Below are positions 1 to 13,270 of a stretch of DNA of 64,000 nucleotides, one piece after another (positions within the stretch are counted from its first letter, which is position 1; every line of letters starts with the position of its first letter). A program made the translations under genes and the position numbers. Source of the DNA: the human T2T-CHM13v2.0 reference genome, Homo sapiens; assembly GCF_009914755.1 (NCBI RefSeq), contig NC_060926.1. The stretch is one strand, 5' to 3'. Under the pieces are notes generated by a model. That model was given only the letters and a program-made list of their open reading frames with translations, did not search any database and had not been told where the DNA came from.

Positions 1-467
1 ATGTATCTTTGTAATAGAATGATTTATATTCCTTTGGGTATTGTATTAGTCCAATTTTATGCTGCTGATAAAGACATACCTCAGACTGGGCAATTTACAA
101 AAGGAAGAGTTTTATTGGACTTACAGTTTCCACATGGCTGGGGAGGCCTCACAATCATGGCAAAAGGCAAAGAGGAGCAAGTCACATCTTACGTGGATGA
201 CGGCAAGCAAAGAAAACTTGTGCAGGGAAACTTGCATTTTTAAAACCATCAGATCTCATGAGATTCATTCACTATCATGAGAACAGCATAGAGAAGACCA
301 CCCATCCCATGATTCAGTCATCTCTCACTGGGTCCCTCCCACAAGATGTAGGAATTATGGGAGCTACAAGATGAGATTTGGGCGGGGACACAGAGCCAAG
401 GCATATCAGGTATATTCCCAGTAATAGGACTGCTGGGTCGAATGGTATTGCTGCCTCTAGGTCTTTT
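1..467 (-). mobile_element. 5'-truncated LINE-1 (L1PA/L1PB-type) fragment split by a THE1 LTR; its 3' end lies outside the window
   Basis: 1-41 (gtatctttgtaatagaatgatttatattcctttgggtat) and 409-467 (ggtatattcccagtaataggactgctgggtcgaatggta) are contiguous antisense L1 ORF2-end sequence. Confidence 0.8.
42..408 (-). mobile_element. THE1 (MaLR) solo LTR
   Basis: Termini tgtattagtcc...catatca match the reverse complement of THE1; 5 bp TSD GGTAT at 37-41 and 409-413. Confidence 0.92.
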
Positions 468-1352
468 AACTTCCAGCAGTTTCTACATCAACACCTGCTG
501 CTTCACCTTGCACTTTTATGTTATACAGACATCTTCTTTCTTTAAACTCCGTGAACTTCCAACTTTTCTTCTTCAGCTTTTTCACATCTCTCGGCCTTCA
601 TAGACTTGAAGGGAGTTAGGACATGGCTCTAGATTAGGCTTTGGCTTAAGAGAATGTTGTGGCTGCTTTGGCCTATCCAGACCACAAAACATTCCTCATA
701 TCAGTAATATAAGCTGTTTTACTTTCTTATTATTTGTGTATTTACTGGAGGAGCATTTTCAATTTCCTTTAAGAAATTTTCCTTTATATTCATAACTTGG
801 CTAAATATTTGGCATAAAAGAGACTTAGCTTTTAACTTACTTCAGCTTTTGATATGCCTTTCTCACTGGCTTAATCATTCTTAGCTTTTGATTTGAAGTA
901 AAAGACGGGGGGGGCTCTTCCTTTCTATTGAACACTTAGAGGCCATTATGAGTCTATTATCTGTCCTAATTTCAATCTTGCTGTGTTTCATGTAATAGGG
1001 ACGTCCAAAGAAAGAGAGAGATACAAAGAAATGGCAAGTCAGTAGATTGGTCAGAACACACAGAATTTATTGATTATGTTCACCATCTTAAGTGGTGTCC
1101 CTAAACAATTACAATACTAACATCCACCAAGATCACTGATCGCAGGTCACTCTAACAGATAAAATAATAATGAAAAATGCTTAAATTGAAATAATTAGCA
1201 AAATGAGATGCAGAGGCATGAAGTGAGCACATGCTGTTGGGAAAGCAGTGCTGATAGAGTTTCTGAACACAAGATTGCCACAGAACTTCAATTTGTAAAA
1301 AACACAGTATCTTAAAAGTTCAGCAAAGTGAAGCACAAATGAGGTATGCCTG
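468..1352 (-). mobile_element. Tigger1 DNA transposon, 5' portion (TIR plus decayed start of transposase)
   Basis: Ends gaggtatgcctg|TA (Tigger1 TIR CAGGCATACCTC plus TA target); the minus strand contains atggcctctaagtgttcaa, the start of the Tigger1 transposase. Confidence 0.9.
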
Positions 1353-1672
1353 TACTCTTACTCTGAGATTAACCACTTCACTCTGTTACCTCTTTGAGTG
1401 CTGCATACCTCACAGGTGTTTTATAATTGTGTTCTCAGCTCATAAATTGGCATTCCATAATACCTCATCAGCTCATAAATTTATACAGTTTGTAAAGCTA
1501 CTGGGCATAACATTCTGGTGGATTAAAACAAAATAGACACAATCATCTCCCATTTAAAAAATATTAGAGTAGAAAAAATTGAACATGTTATAATTAACTA
1601 TAATATAAAATTTGCATAATAATTATGTCATTTGCAAGGCTCATATAGAGAACTATTGATGCTGTGTGTAGT

Positions 1673-1694
1673 TGTGTGTGTGTGTGTGTGTGTG
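1673..1694. repeat. (TG)n microsatellite
   Basis: Direct reading. Confidence 0.95.
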
Positions 1695-2394
1695 CATATG
1701 CATATGTTGGGGATATTTTGATTGCTTCTTGATGTTATCTATGCAAATGATCTTACTGAGGTTTCTAAAATGAAAAAGAAAGTTTCAATATGAGTAATAT
1801 TAATTTGCATTCCTCTCTGTCCCCACTTTGCCCTATCCTCCTAGTTGGAATTCATAAATGTTTACAAAAATAGATACTTATGGATGGTTCACTATGTACT
1901 AGCTGTGGTCACTTGCTATGTATCACACATATCACCTCATTTATCTCTCCCAAAATTCTTGTAGCAGCTTCATTTGTAAATAAAGGCTTCTAATATTTTA
2001 ATAATTATAAAATATCAATCATGATTTTTTTCTGTAGAGTTCTAATGATATTCTCCTTTGAACTAACCCACATGATTTTGACTATTAAAACCAGATCAGG
2101 CTTACATTATTATCTAAGTAATTTTAAATATCTCTTCTTAGTGTCCTTTTAGATAACTCTGCTCCATTTTTTTTTCTTTTTGGTGATTTGGATTTTTTAT
2201 ATCATCTTGTTTGATAAGATAGCTCATCATTTTTATACACAAAGTCATTATATCCCATATGGTTTTGAAAAGCCCTCTGAATATTACCCCTCATCTCCGC
2301 TTCGGTGGTATCTAAAAAAATGTTTACCATTTTCTAGCCTGTTATCCTAATTTTATAGAAAAATACAATTTTTCAGAATATGTAGCTCCTAAAA

Positions 2395-2435
2395 GAAAGT
2401 GAAATTCACGTGGCAGTGTTAGAAACCGAAACTGA
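2395..2435 (+). promoter_or_regulatory. Candidate IRF/ISRE plus E-box motif cluster
   Basis: GAAAGTGAAA (2395-2404), CACGTG (2407-2412), GAAACCGAAACTGA (2422-2435); motifs only, no functional data. Confidence 0.4.
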
Positions 2436-3535
2436 TATATACACGGTAAAAAAATCTAGCTATTTTCCATTTTGCTGGGTAAAAACTGCCCCCCCCCACC
2501 ACAAAATATTATCAACATCTGTAACCCGATATCTACACTGAGTAACTATGAACTTAAGCATGAATTTTTAGTGAATTGTTATTCCTCAATATGGAAAAGC
2601 CAGTCTTATGTAAATCTCTAAATACTGCTAAAGTAAAAAGTTTTTATAAAATCCATAAACGTTACTTGTGTACAATAAGCAAGATATGTTTTGTGAAATT
2701 TCTCAATAGAGTCATATATAGCATGTGGCCACTCTAGCAGATCTCCTCGGTCTGTCATTACCTCAATGTTATGGAAATCTTCGCTTCATGCCTGTACTGG
2801 CTATCTCATTCATGCATTACGGTTAAAATTCTCTTTGTGTTTGTAGCCTGTCCTTGAAGGTGAGCTACTCTATTAAGCATTTTCAACCACATGTGACCTC
2901 TTCTGGGATGCCATGAATATAATTTCTTAATCCTCTATTAATGAAATGTGGAAGACAATAATAGCAAGTATACTTTCAGTGCAAGTGGGGCAGAATATTT
3001 GAAATCACATCTAGCCCAGAAAATTGTGGACATGCTATAATCTTATATTTGGCATGTGTAAATTGTCATATATTATATCTTCACATTTTACATATTCTCA
3101 CTTTAAATTGTAGACACTTGAGGCCTTAACCTATATTACCTACAGTTTCAAGCTTTGACACAGACCGTACTGTGGAGTAATGTCTGAATAATATGTATAT
3201 TCAAAATACAGGTTCATTCTTTCAAATACAATATGTTTTCAAATGTAAAATTGATGCAAAATTCAAGTGCTCACCTAGCATAAGTTTAGTCAGTGAGATT
3301 GTCCTATTTCTTTCTCTACCACAACTGAAGTAATGGCAATGTGACTAGAGAAATGGAATAGATAAGACAGTGACAAAATATAAAAATACTTGAAATAAAT
3401 AAGGTTGGGTTCGCTCAAAAGTTACTGAACAAGCTGGAAAATTACTAATTTTAAAGTTTGCCAGTGATTCTGAATATATGGTATTTTCTATAGCCTTTCT
3501 TCTGTGGGGGGTATAATTATAGGTCATAGTATGCA

Positions 3536-3612
3536 TTAAGTTGAACCATGTATAATTGCCATTTTGTAGGTCTAAAAGTGTAGAACAATGATAACTTCAC
3601 ATGATTCAATAT
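3536..3612. mobile_element. MADE2-like mariner MITE
   Basis: ~80 bp imperfect palindrome ttgaaccatg...catgattcaa with internal ttttgtaggtc, resembling MADE2. Confidence 0.7.
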
Positions 3613-4619
3613 AACACCTTATGCAGTATTTAGTGGGAAACAACTGAACACACGGCTTATAATTGGAAATACAAAAATACACCCTTAAACAATCTTTAAA
3701 AATGACCAATAGACTTGAGTTTACTCATTTAGAATATTGAATTTAAGAATTATATGAAATTATAGGAATTTTAAAAATATGTAACTTTGTTTTCTCTAGA
3801 TACATGCATTTTAAAGGAAATTATTTGAATGATGTTAAACGAGCTAAACATCAGTTTTTCAGTCTCTGAGGAGAAGAAAATATGTCACTTTTGTTTGTCA
3901 AATGCCAGTATTTTAGTTCAGTAAACCTATTTAAGGTACTATGATTTTATAGTTTTAATTAAGGACACAATTAAGCATAAACCATTAAAATTTGTCCTTG
4001 CAAATCTTCCAAAGAGAGAGCTGCTTTCAAACAACCGAATGTTCATAATCATCAATATGGAGAACAACAACGATTTGTTCATGTCTTTTGAATTTTGCAT
4101 GTAACTAAAAGAACAAGATAATTACCTCCAACCTATTCCATTTATTCTCCACTGTAACTTTTCCGTATTTCCCCTTTCTCTCATGCAGTGAAAATTCCTG
4201 ATGATTTACACACATGCCATGGCCTGAGTTTGAATAAGAAGCAACCCTAGAATTTAGACCCATCTCATTCTGTCTGGATGGCATAAGGGGTAGACTGGGA
4301 AATGGCAGGATTAAGGAGACTCTGGCAAATAAACCTAAAATGAGAAGAGAGACTTGATTCCAAAGGCTTGGAGCTAAGTACTGAGAATCAGAAAAACAGG
4401 GTTGTTTTGAGTTTTCCAATGATTGTTCTAGAGTTGTGTCTTAGGAATAGAGGTCTATGAGTAAAATCTCAGAGAAACGCTTGTTAATCATCAGTAACAC
4501 AATGATCTTGTACTCTGGGATGAATTCAACAAAATGTGGCATAAAATATGTAAGAGGAATGCTCTGTACTTCAGAAAACAGTGTGCTCTTCTTCAGAGCA
4601 CTGAGCAGTCATTACTGGG

Positions 4620-4860
4620 ACTGGGCATTTGGGGCTGTGGCGAGGTAGTTGGCTCTATCTCTGACACCTATTAGCTGTGTGATGAGCACAGCTTGGCCTC
4701 TCCAGGTCTCAGTGTCCTCATTTCTAATTTCTAATGTAGGAATGGATAATTGTGGCATATTTAGGGAGGGGTGTGAACCTTAATTTGCAAACGCAGGACA
4801 TTACGGACAGTACTTGACACATAGTAAACATTTAATAAATTTACAAGCATTTATTATTAT
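4620..4860 (+). mobile_element. MIR SINE
   Basis: Core tagctgtgtga...tctcagtgtcctcat and tail gacacatagtaaacatttaataaa. Confidence 0.7.
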
Positions 4861-5229
4861 GTACACTCAGCCTTTAGGCTTCTGGGCTGCAAAAGAAATG
4901 AGCAGCATTTTCCTCAGAAAGAGGGATTAGAGTTATCATTATGTGTGCCACAATGCAATCACAGGCCTTGAAAGACTGAGAAACTGGCAATGATAAATTC
5001 AGTCAAAGCTGTAAGAAATTGGTAGAAAAATAGTGTATTTTACTCAGTCATTGAGATGGATGTCTTCAATGCATACACAAGGCAGTTCATTGTTATTTTC
5101 TAAAAATAATTTGTGAATTAGAATTTGTGAGGAGCCTAGGTGTTGTTAATTTAAACGGACTGCAGACCCTGCACTTTACCTGAGGTCAGAAGCAGAGAAA
5201 TACCATACTGTGTCTCTTGTTATAGTCTA

Positions 5230-5470
5230 GAGGTTGTTAAAAACATGGTCTTGTGTTTGAAGCCCAGATTTACTGCTTCCTATTATGTAATCATGAGTAA
5301 CCTAAATAATCTTCCTTATTCTAGTCTCTGGGCTTAGTTCTGTCATCAGAAAAATGGGTAAGAACCATGATAATTTATCTATAAAAATTGTTGTGAGCTT
5401 TGAATGAGTAAATAAATTCCAAGTGATTATCATAGTTACACAAACTATTATTGAACATCTCAATAATGAA
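5230..5470 (+). mobile_element. MIR SINE
   Basis: tctctgggcttagttctgtcatcagaaaaatggg and ttgttgtgagctttgaatgag. Confidence 0.6.
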
Positions 5471-5589
5471 TGAACAATATGAATGATGCTTCCTTAATGA
5501 TGATAATTATGTTAAAGATGATGATGAAAGACAATTATATTGGACTGGCATAACCATGGAAACATAGCTATTATTAATAAGAACCCCTC

Positions 5590-5890
5590 TTTTAAACAAT
5601 ATTGTGCAGATATGATATTGCTTCCAAGGCACTGGGCTAGATAAATTGCAGATACATTAATTTACAGTTTTTAAAAAAGCAATATCAATCATTCAGGAGC
5701 CCACAGAGGAGTAGAGGAGACAAACACATATGCATCTAACGTATAGTGCATGGCCGAACGTGATTAGTTCTAGGAAGAATAGAATTAAAGTGCCTTGTGA
5801 GTATGGGAAGAAGCAAAGATGAGTTTCTATGAAATAAAGTCTAAAGACAGTGAGTTGTGGATTTAAGGGTGAATAGGACTTACCCAGGTA
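5590..5890 (-). mobile_element. L2 fragment
   Basis: aaggcactgggctagata, ggagcccacagaggagtagaggagacaaaca and ggtgaataggac resemble the antisense L2 3' region. Confidence 0.5.
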
Positions 5891-5934
5891 GTGATAATAT
5901 CTGGCTGAAGTTGAGATTTTGGGAGGTTCAAAAC

Positions 5935-6130
5935 TGTTGCCTTACAAGATAAAACACAGAATGCTCAGTTAAATCTAAATCTTAGATAAGCAACAATTTT
6001 TTTATATAAACATGTCCCAGTGATTTCACGGGACATAAACTTCCCCAAAAAATAAAACTAAAATTAAAAAAGTATTAAAATCAAATATAAATAGGCCTTT
6101 TGTATTTTTATTTATAAAATATGGAAACCA
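5935..6130. mobile_element. MER53 palindromic hAT-like MITE
   Basis: agataaaacacagaatgctcagttaaat...atgtccc/gggacat centre...tgtatttttattt matches the MER53 palindromic layout. Confidence 0.75.
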
Positions 6131-6139
6131 TAAGTAGTT

Positions 6140-6335
6140 ACAGCGTAGAGAGAAAGAACACTGAATCAGAGCTTTAAAGACAACTCTGTTAAACCAGAAA
6201 CCGCTTCTAGCTCTTTGAACGTGCTCAAAGCAATCACTTCCTGTCTCTGACCATCAGTTTCTGCATCTGATGTAGATTAAGAGAGAGTTAAGAGATGATC
6301 TCTAAGTCCCTTTGCAGCTCTCCTGCTCTATGGAT
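6140..6335 (+). mobile_element. MIR3/MIRc SINE
   Basis: cagtttctgcatctg core and agatgatctctaagtccctttgcagctct tail. Confidence 0.7.
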
Positions 6336-6497
6336 GTAAACATAATGCTTGGAATTTGAAGTAAATGATTTTTAAAATATGACTCTAATATTCATATTGA
6401 TGTTCAACATGCACTATGTCAAAAACATAGCATTCATTACTTTTTATATTTTATCCATAACTCTGAAAACATTTTGAAATGTGCAAACTGAGATTCA

Positions 6498-6825
<328 letters not shown>

Positions 6826-8027
6826 TAGAATTATACAGTTCATGAATTGAGGAATCAGATTTAATCTCTCTTCTTTCAAACTTCCACCACTTTTGTTACC
6901 CTTAACATTCTTAGGCTTTCCTTGAGTTTTCTTTTGGTATTTAAGATGAGTTGTTAGTAGAATCTAATAAAGTAGATAAATGTAAAATCAGATATTACAT
7001 ATTACTTTAAAACTGATTGTTAAAATATAATTATAAATTTTCACTAGAGGAGACACTAACAAAATATTTTTATCGTTTTTGCAATATCATTGCTGTTATA
7101 CTAGTTTTAAAATAGACTTTCAAGGTTTTCTAGGGAAGGAGACCGGTGTCGAAATTTCCAATAAAAACTTGATTGTGTGATATAACACCTGTTTGAGTAG
7201 TGATAGATAGTTTCCAATAATTTTGAAAGCACATTTAGCCCTCATTCCACTGTATACACCACATTGATTTTATTTGAAATTTTGCAAAGGTGCTACCCAA
7301 TCATTCTTTGTACTTAAGTTGAAGGGGAAAGCTGTAAGTTTCACTAAAGCATGACACTTCCAAGCATATATTCACAATATATATATTTTTTTCACATTTT
7401 TCCTTGAACACTTAACAGGTCAGTAGGCAAGATATTATAGAGACAGAGCACTTTTGTGTAATGCAAGTGTTTTAGAAGAAGATTGATGTCTGTCCTCATA
7501 AATTAGAAATTAGATAACGGCAAAAACAGCAGTGTAGCAACATTTTATTTCTTATTAAGAACTATGACAACAGCCAGGCATACCACAAAACTTTGCCGGC
7601 TACCAGGAAGCCTTTGTGATACGTACTTGGAGATGTTGTCAAACAGCATGATCATGAACATAGGTTTGGTCATGCCATCAGTGGGGTGAATATGAGGATA
7701 GTTTTTTTTTTTTTTTTTCAGTTGAAAAAGCCAAAAGAGGGAAATATCTGTGAAAAGATACTGCATGGAAGGAAAAGAGAAACAGCCATCTTTTTCCTAA
7801 GTGTTCAGAGTCCTTTCACTCCACTGAGTGATGGACACGTACACAACTCTGACTGTTGATTTGTCCTGTGGGCAAAGAAGGATGAGGCTCTGAAGGGGTC
7901 AGTTAGGAGACAGTATCTGGAGGAAAGAGTAGGTGCCACACCACTGCAACATCCAGTGGTCTATCTTCCCAATCAGTTGGTGAGGCAGTGGGCTATTATT
8001 TGGAAGCGTGGAGACAGTGTTAGTGGT

Positions 8028-8332
8028 TCATTCAGACCACGGCCTTCAGGCCATATCATCCTGCTGCTCATTTTTGTATGGCCCATAAACAAAGAATGAT
8101 TTTTACATTAGTATATACCTAAAATAATAATAATAATAACAGTATGAAATGCAATTCTTAGTGTCCATAAGTGAAATTTACTTAAAGCACAGGTATACTG
8201 ATTCATTTACATGTCTGGCTACTTTTATAACATTGTGGCATGGCTGAGAAGTTGCAACTGGAACTGTATGGCCTATAATGCCTAAAATATTTATTATGTG
8301 CCCCTTTACAGAAAAACAGTTTGCAACACCTG
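8028..8332 (+). mobile_element. MER58B (hAT-Charlie) relic
   Basis: tttttgtatggccc...aagaatgatttttaca and end cctaaaatattt...ctttacagaaaaacagtttgcaacacctg. Confidence 0.75.
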
Positions 8333-10262
8333 CCCTAAGCATTGAATTAATGCTGTTTTATGATGAGTGCAAATATCAATGTATCTTTTGGTATTATCAC
8401 TTTTCTGTATTTCAGGGATTCTCAGAATTATTGAGATGATGGATGGGGAAAGAAAAATGACATGAAACAAAAGCCAACACAATTACTTTTATATTGTTAA
8501 ATAGTGATTTAGTCGTGTGATAGACAGGAGGAAACCTCCTGGCTTGGGGAATTGGGATAGCAGAGAATCTATCCTGGATATCCCAAAGGGCAGTTTGTCT
8601 TGATAGTGGTAACCAGAGCTAGGGTAGAACTTGGTCATTTCTAATTAAGTTCAATCCGTATATTACAGGCAGAGAGGACAGAAATCTGGCTTGCCAAGCC
8701 ATTTAGTGCTATCTTCATTTTTTTTCTTGTCCTCGTCGAATCCCTGTCAAGTGTGTGCATATGTGATCATAGTCTCTCATCATTTACAATCCATGATCAA
8801 ATCCCTCCCTGATGCTACTGAAACATTCCACAGCAATTATGCAGATGATTATTTGCCACAGCTAGCAAAGTGGGAGAATTAACATTTGCTTTCAAAATAT
8901 TATTAGCTGTGGGATCAGTTAAGTGAGAATATCTGAAGTACAACACTTGTTGTGTAACAGGTAACACTCAAAATGCTTTTGAATTATTTTATTTGATTTC
9001 TATGTTTTTGAGAAATATTTTCTCTTACTCTTATGGAAAACTTTAAGTGGCATTGGAATCCCATATTAATGAAAAGGAAATTGTGTCACAGTTTCTAAAG
9101 CTATACAACTAGCAGGTGATGTGGCCTGGTTTCTGAAGCAAGTCTTCTGACTCCAGAAACCAGTTCTTGACCAGCCTGATTATATTTATGTTCCTGGACA
9201 TAATCCAGACTTAAGCTATATACCTTGATGGGGAATATGCTAGCAAAATTTGCAAACCTTTCTAGTATTTTTATTGACAAATGAGTTGTACCTCCTCCTC
9301 CTCCTCTTTCTTTTTCCTTTTTAATGCTCTCACTAGAAAACAAGTGAGGAGACAATAGGGAAAAAGCTAAAGAAAAACCTAGACTTGGAAGCTATGTGTG
9401 GGTGGACTCTAGAAAGCCTTTCCCTCTTGACCTTGTACTGAGAAGCATAGACCAAGTCTAGAAGGAATTATCTTAAGGAAGGTCTACTACACTCTCAGAA
9501 GGACTCACCAGCTGCAGAGCTCACTAGTGCTTGAACCTGAATACACTGTTGGGGTCCTAGGAGAAGCATGATCACCTCACTGAACAATGAACTGAAAGGA
9601 TGCTTAGGGCCATTATTTGGCAGAATTCAACCCCAAATCATGTTTCAGTCATAGAATGTACCTAACAGTGAGATCACTCATATTTTTCCCTGGGACATCA
9701 GCCATGATTTAAAGGCAAATAAGTTAACCTTCTTCAAATTCCCACTAGAATGAAGAAATCTCCATCTCTGTGTAAAGGGGAAAGGCGAAACATTGTCATG
9801 CTTTTACAAACTGACCTCTTGATATTCCCTTGCTCCTTCTTTGTACAGATCACTACTAAAGACTTTAAATTCTACAAATTTAATCTAAGCAAAAAGTGCC
9901 AAAGAATTCAAATGTCTTTATTGTAATAGCTTCATATTCATTCTGCTACCCAATGATGTCATATAAATATACAAAACAATGAATTATTTTTACTCTACAT
10001 TAGCTGCTTGGTTTTACTTTTGTAGTCGGGCACAGTGATTTCTCTTTAGATGCTGGGATGAGGTCAAGTCATTTCTTCTAACATCCTTCTACAAAGTCCT
10101 GTATTTTATGCTTCCAGGAGAAACCATTCCACTCCCATATCTGTACTTCTACTTTTCCTTGGACATTTTCTTTCCTTTACTCTGTAGCCAGAATTTTCTT
10201 TCTTTATTAACATATTTATCCCTAAATCAACTTTTTGGGGGATGAGATTTGATACATATACT

Positions 10263-13200
10263 ATCTTTTTCAATCTCAATTTGAAATTGATCTGTACTCC
10301 ATGAAACTCACCCAGTTTATACTCAGAGTTTTAATGAATTTCTGTGATAGTGCAAATATGAACACAATCCAGTTTTAGAACAATCTCATCATTCACAAAT
10401 ATTTTCTCATACTCTTAATCCCCACTCTGACCTCTGGTCCCAGACAACAACTAATATGCTTCCTGATATGTTTTTGATTTTTCAAAAAAAATGCATAAAT
10501 AAAATCTTACACCAAGCGTTTCTGTGTCTAACTTCTTTCATTTTTCATGATGTTTGTGAGATTTACCCCTGCTGCTGAATGCGTTAGTAGTTTGTTCCTT
10601 TTGTTCTTCCTGTATTGCTGAGTAGTATTGCATTGCATGGCTATAGTACAACTTGTTAAACTGATTCAGGTTTTGCTATTATGAATAATACCACTATAGA
10701 TAATGGCACAAAAGTGTTTGTGTGGATCTTTTTTTCATTTCTCTTAGGTAAAAAGTTACTAACAGAAGATCTATGATTTAACGTAAGTTGTCTACAATAT
10801 TTTAAAGACTGAGAAAATTGTTTTCCAAAGTGGCTGTACAATTTTTAATTTAAAATGTCTCTAGAAATGCATGAGGGTTCTTCACATCTTTAGCATTCTA
10901 GTAGGCATATAATGTGTATGCTCTTTGCAGTTTTTGTATTCAATTACTTAATAACTAAAGGTGTTAAACATTTTTTTCATCTGCTTACTTGACATTTGAT
11001 TTTTATATTTTCTTTTTTGGAGTGTCTATGTAAGTTTCTTGCCCATTTTGTATTTTTTTTTGTCTTATTCTTCAGTTGTAATAGTATTTTATATATTCTG
11101 GATATAAGTTCTTTATCAATATATGTTTGCAAATGTATTCCTCAAGTTTATGGCTTTCATTTTAATTATCCCATAGTGTCTTTAGAGAAGAAAATGTTTC
11201 TAATTTTAAAGAAGTCAGTTTATCAATTATCATTTTTAATGGTTCATGCTTTTGTATTTCATATAAGAATATTTTGCCTAACCCAATGATAAGAAGATTT
11301 TCTCCTATGTTTCTTTTGGACATTTTATGGTTTCAAATTTACTTTTTGGTTTACTTTTAAGCCTATGACTTACTTGTAATTTGGGTAATATGTTGTAAAG
11401 TAAGGGTCAAAGTTCATTATTTTATACACATATATCCAATTGTTTCAAAACTGTAGAGGAAACTGTCATTTTTTAAATTGAATTGCTGTGGCACTTTTGT
11501 TGAATATCAGCTAATCATATGTGTGGATTTATTTTTGGTTTATTTCACCCTAATGCAAATAATAGACCATCTTGTTTACTGCAATTTTATAGTAGACTTA
11601 AATTAGTTAATAAAAATTCCACAATTTTTAAAAACAGTGTTGGCTATTCTGGACCATTTGCATTTCTTTATAACTTTTAGAATTTACTTGTCTGTTTCCA
11701 GAAAAAAAAAACCTGCTATGATTTTCTTGAGGATTGAATCTATAAATCATTTGGGTTATAATTTCCATTATAACAATAACATGTCTTACAATGTAAACAC
11801 ATGGTAATCTCCTAGTTAATTTTTTTAGCTATGTTTTGTAATTGTATTCTCATAATTTTTGGATGATATTGTGAAGGTTTTTAAACTTCATTTTTTGAAT
11901 GCTTGTAATAGGTATATAGAACACAATTGATTTTTGTATGTTAACCTTTATTTTGTTACTGTGAAATTTACTTATTATTTGTAATAACTTTTTCATGGGT
12001 TTTTTTAGCGTTGGTCTTTATGTACATGACAATATTGTTTGTAAACTAAACAATTTTACTTCTTCACCAATCCATATGTATAAATTTATTTATTTTTGTC
12101 TCATTCCACTGGCTAGGACCTCCAGTATTAAGTTGAATAGAAGTCACAGAAATGGACATTTTGCCTTCTTAATAATCTTAGGTAGAAATCATTCAGTCTA
12201 TTACTGTTTAGGATGAAGCTATTTCATATTTTTTCGTAGATGACCATTGTGAGTTTGCCTTCTGTTCCTATTCCACTGAGGGTTATCATGTATGTGCATT
12301 AGATTTTGACAATTTTCATCTACTGACATAATATAGATTTACCTTGTATTTTATTTATACAGTGATATATGTTGATTTTCAGGTGTTAGAGCAGTCTTTC
12401 ATTGCGGAGATAAACCCTCTTTGGCCTTAGTATATTATTCTTTCTTATATATTGCTCTTCTGCAATGAGTTTTTAAAATTTAAAAGCTAATGTGTTATGC
12501 TACTAGAGAACATTGTCTGTAGCTTTTAGAATAAAAACTTTATTAATAAAATAAGTAGAAATATGTTCACTGTTGTTGCATTGTATAAAGTTATGCAGGA
12601 TTAATATTATTTCTTTCTTAAATGTTTGATATAATTCCGGAGGTCAGGATTTGAATTTTCTTATTAGAATATATTTAATGAGTAAATAATTTTCTTCATT
12701 TAATAAAAGTTTGTTGAGATGGAGTATTATTCATTTGCAGCATTATGTTTATGCAACTCATCTAAGAGGTCTAAATATTTGGCAGAACATTGAGTATAAT
12801 ATTGCTGTATAACCCTTTTACTTTCTTAAGTATGTGTAATGATGTCCCCTTTTGCATTCTGGATGTTAATAATATGTATCTTATTTCCTTTTGTCATGAG
12901 CCGTCTGGCTAACTGAGACTACATCCTCAAGTCAGTGAAACTGCAGGTTGTATCACTTATTTTGAACCAGGTTTGCCTTTTCATCCAGAGAATCTGTGAG
13001 TGTTTACAGCCAGCCTCTTCTAGCACCACATGCCTCAGTAAAGCTGTGATTTTATCAACAAAGCTGCAGAGATGGGAGCACCCTCAGCCTAGAAGGCCAC
13101 CAAATTCCTACCATTCTTACCTGGTGCAAAAGCAGTTTTTCAAGAATAAATTTTACCAGTTGGTTATCTGCCCTTGATTAGTTCCTAATTCCTAAAATGG

Positions 13201-13270
13201 TTGTTTTAAATAATTTTACATTTATTTGCTGTGGAGGGAAATTGTCCAACCTTTTCACGTCTCCATTGGT
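10263..13270 (-). mobile_element. Old L1M (L1MB/ME-like): 3' UTR and ORF2 remnants plus an L1ME-like 5' end
   Basis: Long T-rich antisense L1 (ttttccaaagtggctgtacaattt, ctggctaggacctccagta); 12920-13270 resembles an L1ME 5' end. Confidence 0.8.
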
